The notes beneath the pieces were generated by a model that was not told the DNA's origin, did not search any database, and saw nothing but the letters and a program-made list of their open reading frames with translations. A program made the position numbers and the translations under genes. From Enoplolaimus lenunculus (taxonomy: Eukaryota), in assembly GCA_030248215.1 (NCBI GenBank), contig JASANG010002430.1, positions 186,001 to 250,000 of the forward strand: 64,000 bases of DNA, given 5' to 3'. Positions within the stretch are counted from its first letter, which is position 1. Each line of letters opens with the position of its first letter. Below, piece by piece: positions 26,632-40,174 of this stretch.

Positions 26632-29600
26632 TTTGACTGCGTACGGCAATGAATTCAAAACGGATTAAGCTAAGCATTGGATCAATCTGTGATAGTTCGT
26701 CGGCCGACAACTTGTCGCCCAACAATGTCCTCAAGCATAAATATACGCATAACTTAAGCGTAACTCCTGGGCCTAAAGTTAATGTATAATAAAGGCTGAC
26801 AAATTGTCGAGTCGATGAAGTTTCGGATTGGAAGTTGCTATGCAACGAGTTGTCGTGTGACAAATTGCGATACAGCATTAAATATCTAACTTCTAATTGG
26901 ACACTTCTAGTATTTAAGTCTGAGCATGGGCACTTGCTGAAAATTAATTGGTTCATTGTATTCGATCTGCTTATAACGGTGAAGCATAAAATAATCAATT
27001 TAACAAATATACGTACGTGATTGGCTGAAAAATATTCATGCGCTGTGATTATAAATCGAGCGTCTCATGCCTCCTTGATTAACCGGTTTATGTAGCATAA
27101 ATCATGTGTGAAACGAGACTCCAAACGGTGATAGAAATAGAATTATCCGCTGTTCAAGCATTCCTTTTGTGTTTTGAAATTTTACTGTTTTCAAAGCGTC
27201 TTGAGTATTTTAGTAGTGGTATGAGGCTCAAAAGTTAGCTGCTGGAGCAGCCAACGTATAGAACAGGCCCGGAACAGTAGTATAAGAATATTCCAACGCC
27301 TAAGTCTAGGCCTAAGCCTAAGGTTAAGACCGGGCTTACACCTATACTAAGCTTAAGCCATAGCAAAAAATGGTCTAAAGTTTAAACTTTTACTCGATTG
27401 CAGTATCAGAGAATAACGTTCCACCCTTCTTATTTACATGGGCCGCTGGTGTTGTATCCGCGCCGAATTTTCCAACTAAAGCTTTCAAGATAGAATAATT
27501 ATTATCGCAGTGTTTTGAGCAAGACATGGTTAGCTTGGGGGCCGATACATTCCCCCACTCCGAATCTGCTCGTAGTACGATCTTACATTAACAGACTGTA
27601 CGTTGCCATTGTTTATGCGTTTTTTATGGTTTTTCTCTGTTTCCGGCTCTCATAAATGTGTTGTTTAGAAGTATCATATTTTTAAAGTTGTTGTTGTTGT
27701 TGTTGTTGCTTTTTTGCTCAGAATCCCCAGGATTTTACAGCAGAGCTCTTAAAACAGTTATGCAATTGTTGAAAAAGTTTGCTAACAATATAAATCGTTT
27801 TTGAAGCAGCTTTGAACCGAAAAAGTTCTATGTATGCGCCGAATTTGCATCTTTTGGGGCTGTTTGCTCAGAGATACCGCGGAAACGTTGAAATTTCGGA
27901 AATTTTCAGAATAACCAACTGTTAACGCGCAAAGTAGAACTTGTCGCGTCACGCGACGCCGAACGGCACCACACGACACGTACAGTGCCTCCCTAAAACT
28001 CTAAAGTCGAAGTTTACCCGTAATTATTAAAGTTTGAGCTTATTCGTTTTTTAGCACATTGCTAAATCATGACGTTTGGCGTGGCCTTTCAAACGGATAT
28101 TCCAATACGCCATTAAACAATCCTTTCTCAACCATGAAATGTTACAAATTTTACCTTTTGATATAACTTGTTGTTCTAAGGAAAACGTCAGATCGCTTGC
28201 CAACCAACATATATATATGTATGTGTATATATATTTTTTGTTTTGAGAGAGTAGGTCAGCAAGGCCGCAACAATGGTGCGGCGGCAATTATGGCTAATGC
28301 CTAAACGTCTAAGCCAAAGTGTAAGCCTGAACCTAAACATAAGCCTGAGCGATGGCCTAAGAAAACGTACGACTTAGTTCGAAACACGACTGGGATGCCC
28401 CGATACTCGCTAGTTCGAAACCACCCTTAACACCGTTTTTCAGCGTCTTTAGTTAAAAAGGTCCAAAGTCCCGGTTTCTACCAGAGACAGCCACAACGTA
28501 TTTTATAAACATCTGATTAAAAAATTTTGTTTACGACGGAATCGAATTTTAATTTTGTATTTTTTACAAATTTAAAATTATCTTAAGATCAAAAAAGCCC
28601 ACCGAATTGTGTGTGGCTGCGCTTGATTTTATTGATAAAATGTAATCTTCGACCGTACTATTATTTGTCACCCGTAGATACGATCATCATAATTTTGTTT
28701 TCGGTTTTTGGGCTGAGTCGTCTCCTTCCGATTTAACTCTCTGTAGTGCCATTAAATTTTGTATGCCAGATTAACCGCCACACCTAGAATATGCGAAGCC
28801 GCATCTACAGCCAAGGTAACAAGCTTAACAGCGGGCCCGTAGCCAAGGGTTGGGTGCTCAGCTTGCTTGTAAGTCATTGAAAACCCTTGCATGTCCCTCC
28901 TGCAAAAATTTTAGCTCACCGTCACCTAACAGGATGAGCTGGCTACTTACGAATCTGTTTAAGGGATACATAACTATTTACTACAGTGTATATTTTTGAA
29001 TTTCTGTTTAATTCCACTGATTTTTTTTAAACCTTTCCAGCCCTGACTGTACGGAAAATTAGATTAAAAGGTGTATAAAATAACACTCACCGATGAGAAA
29101 GGAGGCCCTGTTTTGGTTGTTTTATTTTGAAAATTGTCACAAAATTCATCCTTGCTTGCGTTTGTTCTCAATATAGTGCTCGAAAGCTTGGTCCATGTAA
29201 AGATCAAGGGCGGAACATTTTCCTGTGGGACTGTATTAATAGAGTAAACTTTTAGCTTTGGACTAATATTTTTGAGCATACGTCTTTGTTCTATACATTT
29301 TTCAAAACTTTTATATATTTTTTGTATATCTTTTGCTTCAGTGATAGTAAATTGGCTTCTTTGGCGAATTTTTAAGTGATTCCGCGTGACTGGTATAGCA
29401 AGGTAATCAAGAGTTCCTACACCAACCTGGTCTTTTTTGGGTTCGTATTTCGTATCATTGATGGTATCGATAATTCGCCGTTCAAGATGATACGATTTTT
29501 AATTTTTGTAACAATGTGTTACTAAAGGAAGAATCAGAAATTTTATTGATAAAACTATATTTCAATTTGTCATATGCGTGGCACCCCAGGTGCAGAGAAA

Positions 29601-31037
29601 CTTAAACTTCAATCCAATCCAAATTTCAATGTGAAACCTAGATGTATTGTTACATTTGTTAAAACTTCAACTGCCAATTTGATTTATAAAAATGCTATAA
29701 AGTGTCAAGCTACAATAATAATTTGTCTTCTATCCAGCTAAAATTCTTTATTAACCGACATTATGCGCCATTAAAAACACAAGAAAGACCCTATTCAAGA
29801 AAAATTTCTAAATTGCATAATGATCGTTTACGCTTTGATTTTAAAGGGGAATCAAAGGTTATGATACAACAACAGTGGTATGATGTGAATACGCTACCAG
29901 GCCAGATAACGGCTAAAATTGGTACATTCAATCATTGAAGCAATATGGTTACAATCTATTGGTTTTCATAGGTTTACTGGTTATTCGATCTGGTTTTTAG
30001 CAATATAACATTTTAATTGTTACTAATTTTGTTTTTGGCGCCGCAGATGATACAAATTGGGGACAATCACCAGTTTGAAAGATATTTAGTGTCATACAGG
30101 TAAAAAATTCTTTTTTTTTTAATTTTTTCAAGATTCATGTTTATTTAATATTTTTTGACAAATGGGCCAAGCCCAGTCTAGTACATCACAGTTTATTTGC
30201 TTTCACACTTTTTAAATTTAATCAACTTTTATAAAGTTTCATTTTTAATTACTCGGAATTTTACTTGGGTTTAATCGTATTTAAATATTACAACGGAGCA
30301 TCCCTATAAATAACAATTTATCTTAAAAGTGAAATATCTTTGTTATGCAAAAGTTGCAATAATGGATAAAATTTTCTGTGAAAATTTTTATTATGTGTTG
30401 TGTAATGTGTAATTTTGCACCTACCATACAATGATGCATTAATGCAAAAGTGGTTGAACTCTGGCTCTGGCTCTTGATACATCAATTTTCCACCTGACAA
30501 ATATTCGTTTTTCGTTTGTGTTTTATTTTGATCACTATCCGCTTCTGTATGCGGTATTTGCTTATCTAAGTAATCACAGTCGGCAAAAGCATGCAGTCGC
30601 TAACCTAATACAAGAACACATTCAAAAAACGCGATACATATTTATTTTACAGATTTATCCGGCGTAAATACAGATAATGTTGTCTGTGTTGCAACCGATC
30701 AAAACCTAATACTTTAAATATTTATGTTAGCTAAGTAGTTACGACGAAAAATGATCACAATTTGTACAACTTTTTACATGAACTTTGATCTGACGCTGGT
30801 ATGTCCTGGAACGGTTCGCTTTTGATTTGTACTTGTTTACACCATTTTTAACTGATACTAAATTTTATTATAGGAAACTTCCGGCCAAAATAGCTATAAA
30901 AATAAATAGTACATAAGAAATAAATATATAATATAAGAGCACTAAATTCATAAATACACAAATAAATACAAAAACAAACAAATACTTAAATAAACAAATA
31001 GAAAAATAAAAAAATAAATAAGCATTATTGTGAAATA

Positions 31038-33083
31038 ATGTCACTTCACTGTTATTTTTTACCAACTCTACCAACAGTGTTTTTAACACTGCTAGCAGCA
31101 GTGGCCATTCTGGACTACACTGGTTCACTATTTTCAAACGCTTTGATGTTACCGGCACGCGGTCAATTTGGCCGGCCGTTATCAAGCTACTCCCGAGGTC
31201 TGTCGGGCCATACCGGAGGCCGACATCGGCGCGTTTGCCGGCTGGCAGATTTAACGTGTCAAAAACGGAACGAATATGTCCCACCTCCGAGTCCAGTGAG
31301 ATCAGACGAAATTGATTATTTGTGCGCGACATATGCTGAGTATAAAGGTAAGTGGTAGTTCCAAGCTTAGGCGTAGCCTCAGATTTACACTTCACCGCTG
31401 AATTTTAAAGTTTGGGCTTGGCCTAGATAAGAGCTTCGGCCACCGCTGAATTTTAAAGTTTGGGCTTGGCCTAGATAAGAGCTTCGGCAACGGTTTATGC
31501 TTAAGCTTAAACTTCGGCTTAGCTTAACTTAGGTTTTGGCTTTGGAAAAGGTTTTATGTAAACCTAAGCCTAAATCATTGCCTACCCTACACCTAAGTTT
31601 AAATCTTAACCTTAAATTTGTGGTAGTGTGCAAGAGTGGTTTGGTCTGAACGACAGAGAATTTTGTATTTTTATTTAGAAATATTTTAACCCCGCTTTTA
31701 AATTATGCCAATCTATACGATAACTCGTCACCAGACCACTCGTCGTCCGACAACCAGTCGCACGATAGCTACCGATGCCTAAGCCTAAGTTTAATACTAA
31801 TGGTGAAACGGCAAATTGTTTTGTCTATGAAATGTCGCGTTATTAAATGGCTTACCGACGGGTTGTCCGGGCGACGATCGCGAATGTTCAAATCTCCGCA
31901 TAACGTAACGGTCCCATCCATCGAACTCAAGCGTCAATTTTCTATAGATTTTTAGGACACCGTTTACACAGAATAAGTGGTTAAAGCCCTGGCTTGAAAA
32001 TAGATCTCAGATGAAATAGAAGAAATCATAGAAAAGGATATTGTTAACATTACCGATTATGCCAATTTCTTTTCCAGAATGTTACGATGACGAAACCAAC
32101 AAACGATGCAGACCGTACGCATTGAATGAATACGTTGAACAAAGTTGCTCTGATATTGAATCGTACAAAGCCCACGCAGACTGTTATACTAAAGTCGATC
32201 ATTTATCCGAGTAAGTGTCATTGTATAAAACAGTTCCGTAAAAGTAGTATAAGTATATTCATAATCATCTCAAGATCAAAGAAGTAGAATTTTTCAGCAA
32301 AAACATCATTGGCAACAATTAGATCTCATTTGAGGCAACATTAATTGTCTGCGCTGAAATGACGTTAATGTCCGTTCCAGATTTTTTCTGACATTAAGGC
32401 AAGTGATAATTACAAGAATTAAATACACAATTTGAGTACTAAAAATCTTATTACAAAAATTTGGTTTTGATCTCTGTTCGAGGACAAGGTCTGTTTGACA
32501 AGGGCTGCGAAATGTGGTGACATCGAGAGGAAGGGGTGGAAATATCGGAGGGTATATTTCATTGGAATATCGGAAGGCTGGGTAGGACACTTTCGATGCG
32601 GAGAACTCTGGAATTGGCTTTTTGTGAATCCACTAAATGTTTCGTAATGGCAAAATGTTCTAACATTTTTTCGTCAAAATGGCAGAAAATTACAACTTTT
32701 GAACTTGCGTTCGAAACAAATTTCTTCAACTTGAACCAATGGAGTGCGTGCGCCCGTTGCCCGGTCCCTTATCAACGACTTTGCAGCGGTGAATGCCGTA
32801 ACCATTTAACAAAACAGTTTGTTTGTATTTCAGATCGTTTGTTTCGCGTCTCAGACAGTGTCACAACTCAGATCCGATAGCGGTCGAGATAGAATCACGT
32901 CATTTGTCACATCGAACATTTGAAGAACGTTGTTATATGGAACAAGTTGAGGTTCAATGCTCACGTGCGGCATTCGTCGAAATGTGTGGCAGTGAATATG
33001 GCGCGGCAGCGTTTGATCATTTTCACGCCATGGGCGGACATCACAGTTGGACCAATCGATGCGCGACGGCGAATAAAACATAA
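31038..33083 (+). CDS. Secreted cysteine-rich pre-pro-protein, 230 aa; exons 31038-31347, 32078-32210, 32834-33083
   Basis: Hydrophobic leader, RHRR furin-type site, then 12 Cys. Introns G|gtaagt..ttttccag and GA|gtaagt..tttcag give one continuous frame of 693 nt. The middle exon reads ECYDDETNKRCRPYALNEYVEQSCSDIESYKAHADCYTKVDHLS. Confidence 0.8.
31393..31488. repeat. Exact 48-bp direct tandem duplication
   Basis: caccgctgaattttaaagtttgggcttggcctagataagagcttcggc x2, in intron 1 of the secreted-protein gene. Confidence 0.9.
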
Positions 33084-34687
33084 AACACAAAATAGTAAAA
33101 ACAAAAGTAATAAGAGTATCAAAATATTGAACAATTTTACTATTAGGACAATAACAATTGTCGAAAGCCAAGTCGTAAACATAACCTTTTGCTTAAAAAT
33201 GGTCGTCCGATTTTGATAGTTTTGCAAATTTGAGTTTCTCATCACCTCCAGTGATCATGTGATTTCTAAAATTAATATTGTTTAATTTTTTGGGTCTAAA
33301 CTCTACAAGGTTCTCCTTGGACTCAAAAAATTATTTGTCGAACAAAATGGCAGTAAACTCTGTCAATTTTGAACGTGATTCGATTCGTCTCATCACGGCT
33401 TTGTTAACGGTAGCCGTGTAGTTTGGGCGTAGATCAAAACACTTTAAAATATTGTTACGCGATCATAACGGACTGAATTCCGGTTGACGGGCACATAAAA
33501 CAAGACAAACCTCTACGCTCTATCGCACAAAAACTGGAAGAAGTTAATCGTAACATGAGACATACGTTAGGCATTTTAGTAAAATGTGCTAATAAATAAT
33601 TTATGAAAATTTCAAAACTTCACTCTCAATGTATATACATTTCTGATTGATTCACGGGCGGATGGATCTTGAACTTGCCGAAATATATATTTCTTAAAGT
33701 TTTGAGGGATTCTGTACCCCGCACTTATAATTTAGGGTGTCCGCCGACCCTCGTTATTTCTCGAGCCGTGCCGGCGCCCCTGTGTACACTATGTTGGTAT
33801 CGCTGCTGTAGCTTTTATGCTTATTTTTTGTAAATAATACTTTGTAAGTGTGGCCGGGGTATATAGTTGAATGATGCTGAATTCTAGATTAACCTTTGTT
33901 TTTATAATTTAGGACTATGCTTAAGTTTTACTGTTATTAGCTTGTTCGAATCAACGAAGCAACGTCAGTGATACTATATATGTCACTTTGAGTAAAACAA
34001 AGGCATCAGTCAAAAATTTTTTAAACCACAGCTGCAGTTTACATATTTGAAGACTTAGTGTTAATTGGCATTAGGTGCTGTGCTATTTGAAAACGCGCAA
34101 CTGGTGCTCAAGATGGATTAGGGTTTGAAATACCAGGAAATACATTAGAAACGGTTTACCATTATTCAGCTATAAACTATTCACTGTGAGCCTAAGACTT
34201 GCGTTTTTTGATCTCGTCGTGTTTATGTTTTGTTACACAAATGCATTGTGGACTTCATTCTATCTGCTTTGAAAAAATAAAAAGCTTCAAGCATCTGCTG
34301 ATATTTCCGTTATCCAACAAATGTAAAAAAACGGAAAAAGCGAACAAAGCTGTATTCACAAATATATTATATTTACCAAATAACCTGCATAAAGCGACAA
34401 AACGTGGCGGAAAACTGTAAGAAATTAGTTTTTCAGTGCGCTCGTTCCAACCAGAACGAGCTTCGCTTAAGTGTTAGGGCGCTGATTTACTAGATTCTAT
34501 CATACCTGTTGGATTAGATATACCAGACGTTTTTTTGCTGCTTGTGGTCTTTGTAGTCATTATGGAGCTGAATTGGAGACAGTTTAATTTCTATTGCCTC
34601 AACTGCGGCCTAATTTCAGTTACAATGTTTTGATGACGAGTTCGACTTCTTTAATTTTAAAATGATTGCTGTATGTAGTATAGATAG

Positions 34688-35670
34688 TTATTGAGCGAAG
34701 CGAAACTCCGAGCGAAGCTCGGAGTTTCGCGAAGCGTTTTATGTTTTGTACTTGGGGGTCGAAAGGTGGATGTCCGTCCGTCCGTCTGTCCGTCTGTCCG
34801 TCTGTCCGTCTGTCCGTCCGAAAAGAATCTCATGAACGGCTGAACCGATTTCAATAAACTTTTTTTGTTTGAAAGCCAATTATACTGGGGTGTTAACCTC
34901 GCATTGGGGTATTAAAATTTTAAGCCGTTTAATAGCTACAGGCTAATTTGCATAATTATTTAAGCCTAAATTAGGACTTTCCACAATATTTCTCTAATTA
35001 TTACAGTTAGAAACAATCTAATTTTAGCGTTATAGAGTTTTTGGGTGCGAGGAACCTGCGTAGACTGTTTACAAACCTCCAAAATCGATAATTGAGCAGT
35101 TAGCTAATAGATAATTTGCATATTAGCATAGTTTATAAGCCTAAATTAGGACTTTTTACAATATTTCACTAATTATTAAGGTTAAAAGCAATATAATTTC
35201 AGCACTAAAGGGTTTTTAGGTGCGAGGAATTTGAATAAATTGTTTACAAACATCCAAAACCGATAACTGAATAGTTAGCTAATGGCTTATTTGCATATTG
35301 CTTAATTGACAAGGCAAAATTAGGACTATTTAAATTATTTCAATAATTATTAGGGTTTACTGAAGGTTTTTGGGTGCGAGGAATCTGAATAAATTGTTAA
35401 CAAACCTCCAAAACCGATAATTGAATAGTTAGCTTATAGCTAATTTGCATATTTGCTTAATTGACGAGACAAAATTAGGACTTTATAAAATTATTCTAAT
35501 AATTATTAGGGTGGCTGAAGGGTTTTTGGGTGCGAGGAATCTGATGAAATTCCTTAAAAGCCTCGAAAACTGATAAATGAATAGTTAGCTAATAACTAAT
35601 TTGCATATTACCTTAATTGATTACGTGTGTTCGAGCTTCGCTCAATAAATGTAGTCCCACTACGACTGGT
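34688..35670 (+). mobile_element. DINE-1/Helentron-like non-autonomous rolling-circle element
   Basis: Inverted repeats ttattgagcgaagc / gcttcgctcaataa; 5' hairpin at 34700-34730; (GTCY)n microsatellite at ~34772-34820; about 4.5 tandem 155-175 bp central repeats; short possible stem-loop beyond the 3' inverted repeat. Confidence 0.7.
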
Positions 35671-36631
35671 AATAATTTTGTTATTGTTGCTTGATCCAAC
35701 ATGCTTGACTGCGTAAAACACCTTAATTTTGAACCAGAAAATTGATTAAATTCATGTCACAATAAAACTACAGTCCGGTAAGCCGAATGTTTTGCCAAAC
35801 ACAAACCAAGAAGCTTGTGGTCAACAAACTGGAAGATTCCAATTCTTAGACATCAGTCATGATATATCTTTAGTATCATTTTGACACCAGATTCAGATCA
35901 TTATTAACGTCTTTTCAGTTGTTGAAGAACGAGTAGAATGTTTTTCAATGTTTCTGATCTTTTTTTCGTTTTTTATAAAGCGAAAGAAATCGTTTTCTGT
36001 ATCCGACTCAATTTTTCCCAACAAAGCCAGAAAAGTTTCACAGGCATAACGACTCTAGTACTTTCCTGCATAATTTAACGTTAAGATTTAAGCTTACACT
36101 TTTAGGACTAGACTTAAGCTTTACCGCCAAAGGCTTAGGCGTTACGTGAGCCTATGAATACGTACAGATAAACCTAGTCCTAAGCCTTGGCATAAACCGA
36201 AGCATAAGCGTGGGTGGAAGGTGCACAAGAGCCCAGAGAATACGAAAATTTGTAAATCCAATAAATAAATTTAGTTTCAGACTAAATTTTATCGAGTTCC
36301 GGCTCTGGCATTTTTTGCCTCTAGTTCTACTGAGCTAAAACTGATGGTAGAATGTGAAAACATTCGATAATACGGTCACTTGGCCAAGTATACTGATTTT
36401 TGTTTCAAATATATTAGACACTGTTGACACTTTTGTGATAACATAAATTAAAATTACAACTGTTGCTGATATTTTTTTACCAAAATTGTACGTGCAAATT
36501 GCGTTTGGACGTAACATCAACAAGCAGCCCCCAAAAGCGCCAATAGAGACGGGGTAAAACAGGAAGTCTTTTTCCTCATTTCACTAGCTTATGAACCATT
36601 TTGTCCAGTCGCAAAAAAATTTAACACAATG

Positions 36632-37032
36632 CCGGGTGTTAACGCGTAGTATAAATAACGGAAAAGGAAACAAAAACGGATAGTGGCCGAAATATTCGGA
36701 AACGAAAATGGAAAACGGATATTGAAGTGTATAAATATCAAATAGGTTTTGTTTTTCTGCCAATACAATAGAGACATGCAAATGTTCACCGAGCTTTCCA
36801 AAATTTTGAAGGAAAAATAACGGATGCACCGAAATTTTTACGACTATGAATGAATATCGTAATTTTTGTTTCAGTTCGGACGATTGCAGCACATCTAATG
36901 AAAAATTGGGAGAAATTTACGTAATTTATAACTATTTTTGAGCGCAAAAATAAACGAATTTCCGGTATTTTTATAACGGAAACGGATACAGATATTTACC
37001 GGAAACGGAAAAGGATATCCGGTTACACCCCG
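36632..37032. mobile_element. hAT-like non-autonomous DNA transposon
   Basis: Perfect 8-bp TSD acacaatg on both sides; imperfect TIRs ccgggtgttaac / ggttacaccccg; subterminal aacgga repeats. Confidence 0.8.
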
Positions 37033-37193
37033 ACACAATGTGAGTCTAACTTCGTAAGCTGCATCAAGGGAGACATAAACTACTTAACTGTTCGAGAAAA
37101 ATCTATTTCTGGTCCCAAGGGCATAGAAAAAACTCGAATTTTCAAAAATTCAAATTTAGTTAGATCAAGTGAGCTCATGAGAAGCTCCCCCGC

Positions 37194-38015
<822 letters not shown>

Positions 38016-38020
<5 letters not shown>

Positions 38021-38260
38021 ACAGTAGGACAGCGTGGGACGTAGGACAGGGGACAGTAGCACATTGGGACAGCAGGACAGTGGGACAGAGGACAGTGGGA
38101 CGTAGGACAGCGGGACAGTGGGACAGTGGGACAGTGGGACAATGGGACAGTGGGACGGTAGAAGCGGGACAATGGGTTAGTAGGACAGTCCCGCTGTCCT
38201 ACTGTCCCCTGTCCTACTGTCCTGCCTTCCCACTGCTCCCACTGTCCCACTGTCCCGACT
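38016..38260. repeat. (GGGACAGT)n 8-bp minisatellite followed by its inverse (ACTGTCCC)n
   Basis: Directly visible; orientation switches at ~38185. Confidence 0.85.
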
Positions 38261-39294
38261 GCGGACGGCCCTCACGAACACCAGAAGCTCAAATATATAT
38301 ACAAAATTTTTCCAAATTCTGTTTTTTTGGACAAACGATAGCTGGTAGAAAGATAATGGAAAACGCCTAAAACAGGCATACGAGCGAAAAATTTTAGATA
38401 CGTCTACGATGATTGCCCAAACGACAATTGCCCAAACCCTACAATTGTTTAAACAACCGTTGTCCAAACGTGACAATAGCAAAGCGAAGATTGCAACAGC
38501 GACAATTGTTTAAGGAAATTCCAATTACTGGCCATTTTCAGGCGCGAGCCAGAAAAAGAATGAGAGGTCTGACCCCCAAACCATGAACGAAAACATGTTT
38601 TTCCACGTTTAAAAAGCGATTCAATAAATAAAACTACGTTCGGCTTCTTCTCGGGGAGGGGGTAGTCCGACAATCCCTTTAAAATTTTTTGGTCCTGTTA
38701 CTGCGTGCAGTGCATAGTGTGTCGATTCCCGATAACTTTTATTGCAATCGGATTCAGAACGGTGACTGGGATGACCAGTCGCACCCCTTCGAACCAAAGA
38801 ATCTTACAACGGTTTAGGCCTAGTCCTAAGTGTAACCTCTCAATCTCTAAGGCCACCTGTCCTCCGGCCTATCAGTAGGCTGGATTCTATAATCAACGTG
38901 GACCGTTTTGAAAATTTTTATATGTCGGCGTTGGAGCAAATGTCGTTCGGGCAATCTTCGTTTTGGGCAGTTATCGCGTTCGAGTAATTGTATTAGGGCA
39001 ATCAGTCGCAATCCGGCTTAAGAATTTGCATGCACCTTCTGAATTTTTTAGTCTCCCTAGCATGTTGAGCTAGCTGCTAGCCGGCTAAGTGATACGGAGC
39101 TTTTCAACTATTCCCCCATAAGTACTTAGTGTGTGTTTAATTAAAAACCGTATTTTAAATTTGTTGCATATTTGATTCTCATGTGTGTATTCTATTCATT
39201 CCACTGCCAAATTTGTATTTTTGACAAAATCAAACTTTGATTCGCTAGAACAGAGGGGACCGATCCGAAGTATGTAAATGTCGATGAATATATT

Positions 39295-39520
39295 ACTGAA
39301 CTCAGAGAGCCAATTAGTCATTTCTAGTTATTTCTAAGTTAATAAAACGAAACATCAACTCATTCTGAGCTGATTTAATCTCGGGTGAATTGATTTAATT
39401 AACTCAGGATGAGTTCAATCAAATCAAAATTCTGAGATCTAAAGACCTAATTCTGAGCTCAGGCTACTGAACGGATTCAACTCATTTTGAGTTAAAATAA
39501 ACTCACTGGAATTTACAGTG
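39295..39520. repeat. Degenerate dispersed element rich in aactca/tgagtt, ending cactggaatttacagtg
   Basis: Related copies at ~14720-14795, 19035-19110, 24860-24930, 48880-49105, 52135-52380. Confidence 0.55.
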
Positions 39521-39644
39521 AAAATTTCTAAAAAGGTCAGCCCATTTAAAAAACAAAATCCACGGTTGCTCATAGTGCACTCTAATGCCTGAATTAGTTG
39601 TAGACAGTAACTGAAATTGTTTCATTAAAAGATTTATTTTTGGT

Positions 39645-40174
39645 TCAAAATCTAAACGTCGACAACTGAGACTGATCACATTCAGTTGGCGAAGTTGCAT
39701 CACCGTTTCGTACCACAATAATATCGCCAGGACCAAGTGGCCGTGATATTTGTTCAAGCACTCGTTTGGATGAATTTGATTTTGGCGAAATTAAAATCGG
39801 AGCAAGAGTTGGCACCACAAAACTGAACAACGCAACATTGGCAACAATAAAATTAACAACTGCAAACCAAAATATTAACGTTTCCTTTTCGTCAATTCCA
39901 AACATTGACAATGGTAACAGGCCAATAATTGTAATCAAAATTACAGTAGATCCGAAAAGCATTTGTCGATCTTGATGCTTCAAAAATACAAAACTTGTTC
40001 GTTGAGCGCCTCTGTAGCCAAAAACTGCAATTATAGCCATCAGAATTGCTGGGTAAATCAATAAGTAAATTGGTCCTTGGCGGACGTGTAGAAACCATCC
40101 ACAAACGTTGTAATATTGCGCAAATTTGGTCTCTTTTATGATTTTGACGCTGTTCGAAACGTAAATCATGATTG
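39645..40174 (-). CDS. Class C GPCR exon 5 (ECL2, TM5-TM7, C-tail)
   Basis: 174-aa ORF with ECL2 Cys (YNVCGW), three hydrophobic helices and a polar tail. Confidence 0.8.

Noticed and set aside
30868..31395. 175-aa minus-strand ORF with hydrophobic tail
   Set aside because: Antisense shadow of the secreted-protein exon 1 plus an A-rich low-complexity tract.
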